A DNA stretch of 64,000 bases. It comes from Candidatus Limnocylindria bacterium. GTDB lineage: Bacteria > Chloroflexota > Limnocylindria > QHBO01. The notes under the pieces are model-generated. The model did not search any database and was not told the DNA's origin. It worked only from the letters and a program-made list of their open reading frames with translations. The stretch is from assembly GCA_036564495.1 (NCBI GenBank), contig DATCOX010000028.1, forward strand, positions 876 through 64,875, read 5' to 3'. The translations under genes and the position numbers were made by a program. This document shows, piece by piece, positions 8,267-16,122 of the stretch. Position 1 is the first letter of the stretch, and each line of letters opens with the position of its first letter.

Positions 8267-9476
8267 CTAGCGTCGTCCCAGCCGCAGCCCGCCGCGACGC
8301 GCGGGCTGCGGCTTCCTGCTCGTTCGGCCCTGGCGCCATTCGGCCCCCACGATGGCAACCGTCAGCAGCCCGATCGCCTGTGACGCCGGCGAGCTCGGAC
8401 GGCTGAAGACGACCGGCACGCCCTCGTTGACGGCACGGATCATGTCGACCTCGGTGTAGGGGATCTCGGCCACCGGCTTGGCGCGAAGCAGGTTCTCGAC
8501 GTCCCGAGTCTTGAGCAGCTCCTTGGGGAAGATGTGATTGACCACGAAGTGGGTCGTTGCCCGCAGGGTTGCCGTCTCCGCCAGGAAGCCGAGCATCAGC
8601 GTCGTGGCGCGCAGCGCCGCGATCTCCGCGAAGATGACGAAGATGTGGGTGTCGGCCTGCTCCAGCATCCATAGGGTGCGTGGGTCGAGGCGCGAGCCGC
8701 AGTCGACGAGGACGTGGTCGAAGCCGGGGCGCAGGATGCGCAGCGCCTTCTCGAGCTGATCGACGGTGACCCGGAAGTCTGCCTCCGGGTTGGCGGGACC
8801 GGCCAGGACGCTCACGCCCGATGAATGCTCGGTGAGATAGGTCGCCGCGAGCGCCGGATCGGCCAGGGCCTGCTCGTCGCTGCACAGGTCGGCGAGGTCG
8901 TAGCGCGGCGTGAGGTTGAGGTGGGTGGCGACCTGGCCGAACTGCAGGTCGAGGTCGATCAGAAGGACACGAGCCGCGCGACCCTGCATCGCGGCAGGAC
9001 CGCCGGCGAGGAGCACCGCCGAATTGACGGCCAGGGTCGTCGTTCCGACGCCGCCCTTTGGCGAGAAGAAGGTTACGATCCGGCCCGCCCCCGTGCCCGC
9101 TCCCTCCGGACGGGCCTTGCCGGTTCGGATCAGGAGCGCATCGACGCGAGCGTCGAGCTCGTCCGCCGCGAAGCTGGCGGCGATCACGTCGTCGGCGCCG
9201 GCCTCGAGGAAGGCGATGCGCGCCTCCACGTCACCAGCGGGGGACACCACGATCAGCGGGACCTGCTTCGTCGTCGCGCCGCGGATGCGCGCGATCGCGC
9301 CCGAGACCGCCAGGCCCTCGGCGATGATGAGGTCGAAGGGCGCCGTCCGCAGCGCGCTCACCGCGTCGGCGGCCGTCTCGACCGTGGTCGTCGCGTAGCC
9401 GGCCTCGCGCAGCCCTTCGAGGCGGGCGCGCAACTCCGGGGTGGGTGCGCAGATCAGGATCGGGTTGGCTGGCACG
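8267..9476 (-). CDS. CpaE/TadZ-like protein: N-terminal pseudo-receiver domain plus ParA/MinD-family ATPase
   Basis: Receiver-like N-terminus (FDLIIAEG, PLIVVS) without a clear phospho-Asp or Lys; deviant Walker A FSPKGGVGTTT (GTT replaces the usual GKT/S); start assigned at GTG 9476. Confidence 0.7.
8282..8311. terminator. Perfect 11-bp inverted repeat (ccgcagcccgc...gcgggctgcgg) between tRNA-Leu and the 3' end of the convergent cpaE-like gene
   Basis: Strong GC hairpin; weak T-run; lies within the last codons of the minus-strand CDS. Confidence 0.3.
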
Positions 9477-9555
9477 CGTTCCTCGTCGAAGGAGCAGATC
9501 GGTCGCCAAGTATAGGATGCCCCCCGCGCCGATTGCGACGCGGGGTCCGGGCACG

Positions 9556-9561
9556 TATACT
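9556..9561 (+). promoter_or_regulatory. TATACT -10 box upstream of the rpsF-ssb-rpsR operon
   Basis: Rare AT hexamer 115 nt upstream of rpsF; the leader contains a cctcc/ggagg hairpin. Confidence 0.35.
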
Positions 9562-9675
9562 CGCGATGGCCTCCAGCGATGGAGGTCGTTGCACGAGATG
9601 GGCTCCTTTCTGCCGCACCCACGACCGGCGCAAGCCGATGGTGCCGCAAGCCCAGAGAGAGGAGGAGATCGGCCG

Positions 9676-10101
9676 ATGCGCCGTTACGAACTGATGCTCC
9701 TGTTTCGGCCGGACCTGGAGGACGACAAGCTCCAGGCGGCGGTCGAGAAGGTCACGCGCGCGATCGTCAATGCCGGCGGGGCGCTCACGAAGGTCTCGCC
9801 CTGGGGCAAGCGTCGCCTTGCCTACGACATCAAGCACTTCCGCGAGGCGAGCTACTTCCTGATCCACTTCGATATCGCGCCGTCCGAGGTGCGCGGCATC
9901 GAGCGCGGGATCCTGATCACCGAGGAGATCCTGCGTCACCTGGTCACCGTGCTCGAGGAGAAGGCCCTCGGACGCGCCGATGACGACCTGCTGGAGCCGG
10001 ACGTGCCAGCCCAGGCGACGCTCGAAGAGGCCGATGACCTCATCAGCGACGAGCTCCCTGACGACGTTGGGGACGAGGACGAGGTGGCCGCCGAGGCCTA
10101 G
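9676..10101 (+). CDS. rpsF: 30S ribosomal protein S6
   Basis: MRRYELMLLFRPDLEDDKLQ... with an acidic C-terminal tail. Confidence 0.9.
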   Translation: MRRYELMLLFRPDLEDDKLQAAVEKVTRAIVNAGGALTKVSPWGKRRLAYDIKHFREASYFLIHFDIAPSEVRGIERGILITEEILRHLVTVLEEKALGRADDDLLEPDVPAQATLEEADDLISDELPDDVGDEDEVAAEA

Positions 10102-10128
10102 CGCCGGCGGTCGGAGGAGGCAGACACC

Positions 10129-10602
10129 ATGACCCTGAACAAGATGATGATCATCGGCAACCTGGGAGCCGACCCGGAGCTTCGCTACACCCCGGGCGGC
10201 AAGGCCGTGGCCGAGCTGCGCGTCGCGGTGAACGACCGGTCCAAGGGACCCGACGGTGAGTGGCAGGAGGAGACCCAGTGGTTCCGGGTCGAGCTCTGGG
10301 AGCAGGCCGCCGAGCGCGCTGCCGAGCGGCTGCGCAAGGGCCACAAGGTCTTCGCCGAGGGCCAGCTGCGAGCGCGCGAGTGGGAGGGCAAGGACGGCCA
10401 GAAGCGCACCTCGCTCGAGATCCGCTTCGCCCGCGTCCAGTCGCTCGAGCGCCGCGACCCGGCCGAGGGTGGCGGCTACGGCGGCGGCTTCGGTGACGGC
10501 GCCATGGACGCCCCGCCGGCCGCGGCCAAGCCTCGTGGAGCTGCGGCCCAGCCGGCCGCGGCCGAGGTCGAAGCGATCGACGTCGACGACATCCCCTTCT
10601 GA
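10129..10602 (+). CDS. ssb: Single-stranded DNA-binding protein
   Basis: OB-fold N-terminus, Gly-rich linker, C-terminal DDIPF. Confidence 0.9.
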   Translation: MTLNKMMIIGNLGADPELRYTPGGKAVAELRVAVNDRSKGPDGEWQEETQWFRVELWEQAAERAAERLRKGHKVFAEGQLRAREWEGKDGQKRTSLEIRFARVQSLERRDPAEGGGYGGGFGDGAMDAPPAAAKPRGAAAQPAAAEVEAIDVDDIPF

Positions 10603-10634
10603 CCTGATCCGAGATACGAGGAAGCATTCCCAAG

Positions 10635-10904
10635 ATGGCCAGTCCACGCTCCCGCCGAGAGACGGCGGATTACTACCGCGATCGACGCCGGCGCAAGGTC
10701 TGCAACTTCTGCGTCGACAAGGCCGAGGCGATCGACTACAAGGAGGTCAACCGCCTGCGGCGCTACCTGTCCGAGCGGGCGAAGATCGAGCCGCGCCGCA
10801 AGACCGGCACGTGCGCCCGTCACCAGCGCATGCTGACCGTGGCGCTGAAGCGCGCCAGGCACGTCGCCCTGCTGCCGGTGGCGCCACAGCACATGCGCCC
10901 CTGA
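10635..10904 (+). CDS. rpsR: 30S ribosomal protein S18
   Basis: Conserved CNFC...IDYKEV...[11 protein letters not shown]. Confidence 0.9.
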   Translation: MASPRSRRETADYYRDRRRRKVCNFCVDKAEAIDYKEVNRLRRYLSERAKIEPRRKTGTCARHQRMLTVALKRARHVALLPVAPQHMRP

Positions 10905-10932
10905 GTCGGGCTTCGGCGGAGCCTGAGGGCTG

Positions 10933-12042
10933 ATGGATCTCGTCCTGCTCGTCGTCGCCCTGGGGGTCATCCTCCTTGGTGCCGAGCTGTTCACGAACGG
11001 AATCGAGTGGTTCGGGCATCGCCTGAACCTCGCCGAGGGGGCCGTCGGCAGCGTCCTGGCCGGGATCGCCACGGCGCTCCCCGAGACGCTCATCCCGGTC
11101 ATCGCCATCCTCGGTCCGGTCCTGGCCGGACAGAGCGCGCCGCAGTCATCGGAGATCGGGGTGGGCGCGATCCTGGGCGCCCCCTTCATGCTCGCCACGC
11201 TGGCGATGTTCGTGACCGGCGCGGCGATCCTCGTCTTCTCCCGCCGTGGGCGACGGTCCATCGAGGTGAGCGCCAGCCCCAGGGTCCTGGCCCGCGACCT
11301 CGCCTTCTTCGTGGCGGCCTATGCCGCGGTCGTCGCCACCGCCTTCCTGCCGGAGCCGCTGCGACCGGTGCGGTGGCTCGTCGCCATCGGCCTCTTGATT
11401 ACCTACGCCTTCTACGTTCGGGCGCACTTCGGCGACGACGCCGAGTCGTCGGATGCGGGCAGCCTCAACCGCCTGCACGCCACGCGGCTGCAGCGACGGA
11501 CCGAGGCGCCGGAGGTCGAGCTCCTCCGGCATGGACACTCCGCCGCGGATCACGAGGCGCCGCCGCGGCTTCGCATCATCGTGGGGCAGGTAGTTGTGGC
11601 GCTCGGCCTCATCATCCTCGGCGCCCAGATCTTCGTGGGCGCCGTTGAGGACCTCGCCAGCGTGGCCGGCCTCGACCCGCGGATCCTGGCGCTGATCATC
11701 GCCCCGGTCGCCACCGAGCTGCCCGAGCAGATGAACAGCGTGCTCTGGGTGCGCTCCGGGAAGGACACCCTCGCGATGGGGAACATCACCGGGGCGATGG
11801 TCTTCCAGAGCTGTCTGCCCACCATCCTGGGCATCGTCTTCACCGACTGGGCCTTCAATGCCCAGACGGCGATCGGCTTCGCATCCGCGGGCGCCGCATT
11901 CGTCTCGATCGCGCTGATCTTCGGATTGATGCTGCGCCGCGGGCGGCTGAGCGCGTGGTCGCTGTTGATCGGCGGGCCGATCTACCTCGTCTACGTGGCT
12001 GCCGCGCTGCTCCTCCCGGTCGGGACAGCGGGGCCCCATTGA
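10933..12042 (+). CDS. Ca2+/Na+ antiporter (CaCA family, YrbG-like)
   Basis: Two alpha-repeat regions (GSVLAGIATALPE..., GNITGAMVFQSCLPTILG); 369 aa polytopic membrane protein. Confidence 0.8.
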   Translation: MDLVLLVVALGVILLGAELFTNGIEWFGHRLNLAEGAVGSVLAGIATALPETLIPVIAILGPVLAGQSAPQSSEIGVGAILGAPFMLATLAMFVTGAAILVFSRRGRRSIEVSASPRVLARDLAFFVAAYAAVVATAFLPEPLRPVRWLVAIGLLITYAFYVRAHFGDDAESSDAGSLNRLHATRLQRRTEAPEVELLRHGHSAADHEAPPRLRIIVGQVVVALGLIILGAQIFVGAVEDLASVAGLDPRILALIIAPVATELPEQMNSVLWVRSGKDTLAMGNITGAMVFQSCLPTILGIVFTDWAFNAQTAIGFASAGAAFVSIALIFGLMLRRGRLSAWSLLIGGPIYLVYVAAALLLPVGTAGPH

Positions 12043-12088
12043 GCCTCCCTGGGAAGTCGGCGGTCCCGAATCACGGCGCAGTGCGCCG

Positions 12089-12094
12089 TATACT
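12089..12094 (+). promoter_or_regulatory. TATACT -10 box upstream of ilvE
   Basis: 60 nt before the TTG start; preceded by the inverted repeat gcgcagtgcgc. Confidence 0.3.
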
Positions 12095-12153
12095 GCGCAA
12101 CGCCGACAGGCCCGCGCCGATCGAGGCACGGCCCGGCTGCTGAGGAGGCTGCG

Positions 12154-13113
12154 TTGCTGAAGCAGGGAACCACCACGGCCACCGCCGAGGCTGGCACCAC
12201 GGCCGGCCTGTGGGCCTACTTCCATGGAGACTTCGTGCCCCTGGCCGAGGCGAAGATCAGCGTCATGACCCACGCCTTCAACTACGGCACAGCCGTCTTC
12301 GAGGGGGTCCGGTGCTACTGGAACGCGGAGCAGGAGCAGCTCTACGGGCTCGACCTGCTCGCCCATTTCCGACGGATTCACCGCTCCGCCAGGCTCCTCC
12401 AGCTGGAGCTGCGGCACACCCCAGAGGAGCTCGTCGGGATCACCGTCGAGCTCCTTCGGCGAGATGCCTTCCGCGAGGATGCCTACATCCGGCCGATCGT
12501 CTACAAGTCGAGCGAGACGATCGGTGTCCGGCTCCACAACCTCGAGTCGGACCTCACCATCTTCGCCATCCCGTTCGGGAAGTACATCGACACCGAAGCG
12601 GGGATCCGCGCCCAGGTCAGCACCTGGCGGCGGACCGACGACAACGCCATCCCGGCGCGCAGCAAGATCACCGGCTCGTACGTCAATGGAGCGTTCGCCA
12701 AGAGCGAGGCCCAGGCCAACGGCTACGACGAGGCGATCATGCTCACCCATGAGGGCCACGTCAGCGAAGGCAGCGCAGAGAACCTCTTCATCGTGCGCGA
12801 CGGGATCCTCATCACGCCCCCCGCCAGCGACAACATCCTGGAGGGGATCACCCGCGAGCACCTGCTCACCATGGCCGGCGACCTTGGGATCCCAGTGAAG
12901 GAACGGAGCATCGATCGCACCGAGCTGTACATGGCCGATGAGGTGTTCCTGTGCGGCACGGGGGCCCAGCTCGCGCCGGTCGTCGAGATCGACCACCGGC
13001 CGATCGGCGCTGGCAAGGTCGGCCCGATCACGCGTCGCCTCCACCAGCTCTACTTCGACGCGGTGCGCGGCAGCTCGGATGCCTACCACGACTGGTTGAC
13101 GCCGGTCTACTAA
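12154..13113 (+). CDS. ilvE: Branched-chain amino acid aminotransferase
   Basis: Fold-type IV PLP aminotransferase motifs; GAGGAGG RBS before TTG start. Confidence 0.85.
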   Translation: MLKQGTTTATAEAGTTAGLWAYFHGDFVPLAEAKISVMTHAFNYGTAVFEGVRCYWNAEQEQLYGLDLLAHFRRIHRSARLLQLELRHTPEELVGITVELLRRDAFREDAYIRPIVYKSSETIGVRLHNLESDLTIFAIPFGKYIDTEAGIRAQVSTWRRTDDNAIPARSKITGSYVNGAFAKSEAQANGYDEAIMLTHEGHVSEGSAENLFIVRDGILITPPASDNILEGITREHLLTMAGDLGIPVKERSIDRTELYMADEVFLCGTGAQLAPVVEIDHRPIGAGKVGPITRRLHQLYFDAVRGSSDAYHDWLTPVY

Positions 13114-13150
13114 GCGACCGCCGCCCTGGCCGCCGGGGTCGCGGCGGCCG

Positions 13151-14674
13151 ATGAGCCAGACGAGGGGACCGATGTCCGACGCGCGAACGCAGGACGGCTA
13201 TCTGTGGCTGCAGCGGCTGCTGGAGATGGTGCCCGGGACCGTCAGCTGGGCGGTCATCATCGGCCCGATCTGGCTCAGCTTCAGCTACCCGTGGCTGGTC
13301 GCGTACTTCGTCCTGAGCTTCGACTTCTACTGGCTCTGCCGCGCGGTCTGGTTCGCAGGGTCGGTGATCGTCGCGTACCGGCGCATGCGCGACGCGCTCG
13401 CCACCGACTGGCGCGGGAGGCTGGAGTCGCTCGACGACGCGAGCCTGCCGGACTGGCGCACGTACACCCACCTCGCGCTGATCCCGACCTACACCGAGTC
13501 GCTCGACACGCTGCGCCACACGGTCCGCGCCCTGGCCGAGGCCGACTGGCCGGCTGAGCGGAAGATCTGCGCGATCATCACGCGCGAGATCGATGTCGCC
13601 GGCATCGCCAACGTCCAGACGCTGCGGGCCGAGTTCGGTGCGGCGTTCGCCGACTTCCTGCACATCCTCGACCCGCTGGAGCCGGGGATCGTGGTGGGCA
13701 AGAGCAGCGCGATGGCCTTCGGCGGGCGGTGGCTGTATCGGCTCCTGGTTCGCGAGCGGGGGATGGACCCGAAGCTCCTGCTGGTGACGGACCTCGATGC
13801 CGACTACCGGGTGCACCGTTCGTACTTCAGCTACCTGAGCTGGGTCCACGTCACCGACCCGAACCGCGAGACGCAGCTCTATCAGCCGGTGCCGTACTTC
13901 CATAACAACGTATGGGAGGCGCCCCTGTTGACGCGGCTCTTCGCCGCCGTCCTGACCCAGCTTCAGATGTGGCGCAGCGTGCTGCCCGAGAAGCTCCAGA
14001 GCTTCGGCAGCTACTCGACGACGCTGAACCTCGTCCACGAGGTCGGCTACTGGGCGACCGACGCGATCCCGGAGGACAGCCGTTTCTACTGGAAGAGCTA
14101 CTTCACCTACGGCGACCGCTTCCGCGCCGTCCCGCTCTTCATGCCGATCTACGGCGACGCGGTGCGGGCCAAGACCTACTGGCGCTCACTGGCGACCCAG
14201 TACCTGCAGGCGCGACGCTGGGCGTGGGGAGTCACCGACCTGCCCTACGTCGTCCAGAACGCGATCGCCCACCACGAGATCCCGTTCGGGTCGCGGGCCT
14301 GGCGGGTCCTCAACCTCTTTGGCGAGCACATCAACTGGGCGATCGCCCCGTTCGTCGTGATCCTGGGAGCGACGGTGCCGCTCATCGTCAACCCCGCCTT
14401 CGCACGCACGACCCTCGGCCAGAACCTGCCCATCTACGCCTCGGCCATGCTCTCGTTCGCGCTGGCAGCGCTGGTCGTCCTGATCTGGATCGAGCATCGG
14501 ATCGTCCCACCCTTCCCGGCCGATTGGGCCTGGTGGCGCAGGTGGCTGGTCTACCTGGGCTGGACCGGCCTTCCGATCGTGGGTATCTTCTTCACCAATC
14601 TCCCGGCGCTCGACGCTCAGACGCGCCTGCTGACCGGGCGCTACCTGGAATACCGGGTGACCGAGAAGGCCTGA
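13151..14674 (+). CDS. Membrane-embedded processive family-2-like glycosyltransferase (putative polysaccharide synthase)
   Basis: N-terminal TMs, LIPTYTE (GT2 DxD-region-like), DLDADYRV, QARRW (QxxRW) motif and C-terminal TMs. Confidence 0.55.
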   Translation: MSQTRGPMSDARTQDGYLWLQRLLEMVPGTVSWAVIIGPIWLSFSYPWLVAYFVLSFDFYWLCRAVWFAGSVIVAYRRMRDALATDWRGRLESLDDASLPDWRTYTHLALIPTYTESLDTLRHTVRALAEADWPAERKICAIITREIDVAGIANVQTLRAEFGAAFADFLHILDPLEPGIVVGKSSAMAFGGRWLYRLLVRERGMDPKLLLVTDLDADYRVHRSYFSYLSWVHVTDPNRETQLYQPVPYFHNNVWEAPLLTRLFAAVLTQLQMWRSVLPEKLQSFGSYSTTLNLVHEVGYWATDAIPEDSRFYWKSYFTYGDRFRAVPLFMPIYGDAVRAKTYWRSLATQYLQARRWAWGVTDLPYVVQNAIAHHEIPFGSRAWRVLNLFGEHINWAIAPFVVILGATVPLIVNPAFARTTLGQNLPIYASAMLSFALAALVVLIWIEHRIVPPFPADWAWWRRWLVYLGWTGLPIVGIFFTNLPALDAQTRLLTGRYLEYRVTEKA

Positions 14675-14677
14675 CCG

Positions 14678-15805
14678 ATGTCCGAGCTGACGCAGCAGAT
14701 CACCTCCATTCGGCTCGCCCGCGATCGGATTCGCCTCTTCGCGGCGCCGCTGCTGTTCGCTCTGATCGCGGCCGGGTCCGTGGCGGGGGCGCTCGAGCTC
14801 GGCGGTCCGGCGGGGATCTCGCTGCTCGCCGTGGCCGGCCTCGCCCTCGTGATCGCGATCTACCTCGTGGCGCTCGTCTCGTCGTACCGGCTGCTCGTCG
14901 AGCCGGGGGTGCTGAAGCTCCAATGGCTCGGTGGAGAGCGCCGCTACCGGCTGGTTCGCGGCCCCGTCACCCGGGTGGCGGTCAGCGGCGAGAATGCGGC
15001 TGCCCTCCAGCCGCGCTTCGCGGCGCTCGGCTGGGCGGTCGGCCCGGCCACGCTGCGCGGCGACGAGCCGATCGAGCTGATCCGCCTCTCGAGGCGTCCG
15101 CCACTCATCGTCGCTCCCACCGACCGCGGGCGGCTGGCGATTGCCGCGGCCGTCGAGGCGGACCTGCTGGCCGCCATGACGCATGCGGTGCGCCTCCAGG
15201 AGCGCCTCGACGAGCTTGCCGCACGACGGGCTGCACCCCCGCCGGCCGAAGTCGCCCCAGCTCCGGCGCCGGCCGCGCCACGAGTCCTGACCGGGATCGA
15301 GCGAAACCTCATCGAGCAGCGCCTCGCCGCCGAGCGCGCAGCTGCCCAGGCCTTCGCCGAGGCGGAGCTGGCAGACGCGGCTGCGGCAGTCGTGCACGAG
15401 CCTGCGCCAGCGCCCGAGCCTGAGGCGGTGCCGGTCGCGGCCGCCGCGCCGCCGGTCGCTGCTGAAGCGGGGCGGCCGAAGAGAGCGCGCCGCGGGCGCG
15501 AACGAGCCCAACTCCAGCGGCCGGCCTGGCTGTCGGTGCCGGGTCCGGCGACCGTCGTGGGCGCCATTCCGGTCGCGCTGCCGCTCGTCGGGGCGGCGAT
15601 CGCCTGGATCGCCATCACCGTCTCCGGGCGACCGATCCTCTCGATCGACGAAGGGAGGATCCTGCTCGCGGCGCTCGCGCTCGTCGGCCCCGTCGGCGCG
15701 TTGGGAGGGCTGATCGCGCGCACCTGGTACCCGCGCCTCGGCGGCCTGGTGATGGCCAGCAGCCTCGCTGCGCTGGCGATGCTGACCCGGACGATCCTGG
15801 CCTGA
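14678..15805 (+). CDS. Membrane protein with bacterial PH (YdbT/DUF304-like) domain, Ala/Pro-rich linker and C-terminal TMs
   Basis: 2 TM plus a PH-like region (EPGVLKLQWLGGERRYRL); low-complexity APAPE linker. Confidence 0.5.
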   Translation: MSELTQQITSIRLARDRIRLFAAPLLFALIAAGSVAGALELGGPAGISLLAVAGLALVIAIYLVALVSSYRLLVEPGVLKLQWLGGERRYRLVRGPVTRVAVSGENAAALQPRFAALGWAVGPATLRGDEPIELIRLSRRPPLIVAPTDRGRLAIAAAVEADLLAAMTHAVRLQERLDELAARRAAPPPAEVAPAPAPAAPRVLTGIERNLIEQRLAAERAAAQAFAEAELADAAAAVVHEPAPAPEPEAVPVAAAAPPVAAEAGRPKRARRGRERAQLQRPAWLSVPGPATVVGAIPVALPLVGAAIAWIAITVSGRPILSIDEGRILLAALALVGPVGALGGLIARTWYPRLGGLVMASSLAALAMLTRTILA

Positions 15806-15829
15806 CCCGCGATTGACAAGGCGTGCGCC

Positions 15830-16120
15830 GCACTGCGACGATCACCGCAATCGAAGAAGGCGATGACGGAGCCAGCGTTCGCGTCGATAGCGAGCCAGCA
15901 GCGAGCCCGGAGGGTGTGAGCGGGCGGCCTCGAGACGGCGAACGATCTCCTCCCGAGCCGGAAGTGCCAAGCGGCGCGAGCCGTGGTAACGCCTCCCGGG
16001 GCAGCCACCCGATAGTAAGGCGTCACGAGTGGATCGAGGCCGGCCGCCGGCATCGGTCAAGCGCGGGTGGTACCGCGGGGAGTCAGCTTCCCGTCCCGGA
16101 TCAGGGACGGGTTTCTTGTT
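15830..16120 (+). promoter_or_regulatory. T-box riboswitch leader (Ile) with intrinsic terminator, upstream of ileS
   Basis: Canonical T-box sequence GGGUGGUACCGCG at 16065-16077 (N=U pairs with discriminator A of tRNA-Ile); terminator hairpin cccgtccc/gggacggg 16090-16111 followed by UUUCUUGUU; candidate AUC-G specifier at 15850-15853. Confidence 0.6.
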
Positions 16121-16122
16121 GA

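Noticed and set aside
8258-9675. Possibility that the cpaE-like gene sits on an islet integrated at tRNA-Leu
   Set aside because: No duplicated tRNA-Leu 3' fragment found downstream (9477-9675) or elsewhere in the window.
11146-13089. 647-aa ORF on the minus strand opposite the CaCA and ilvE genes
   Set aside because: Arg/Gly/Pro/Asp-rich antisense translation typical of 70% GC DNA; overlaps two well-supported sense genes.
15813-15818. Perfect TTGACA -35 hexamer upstream of the T-box leader
   Set aside because: No acceptable -10 at 16-19 nt spacing; the T-box promoter remains unassigned.
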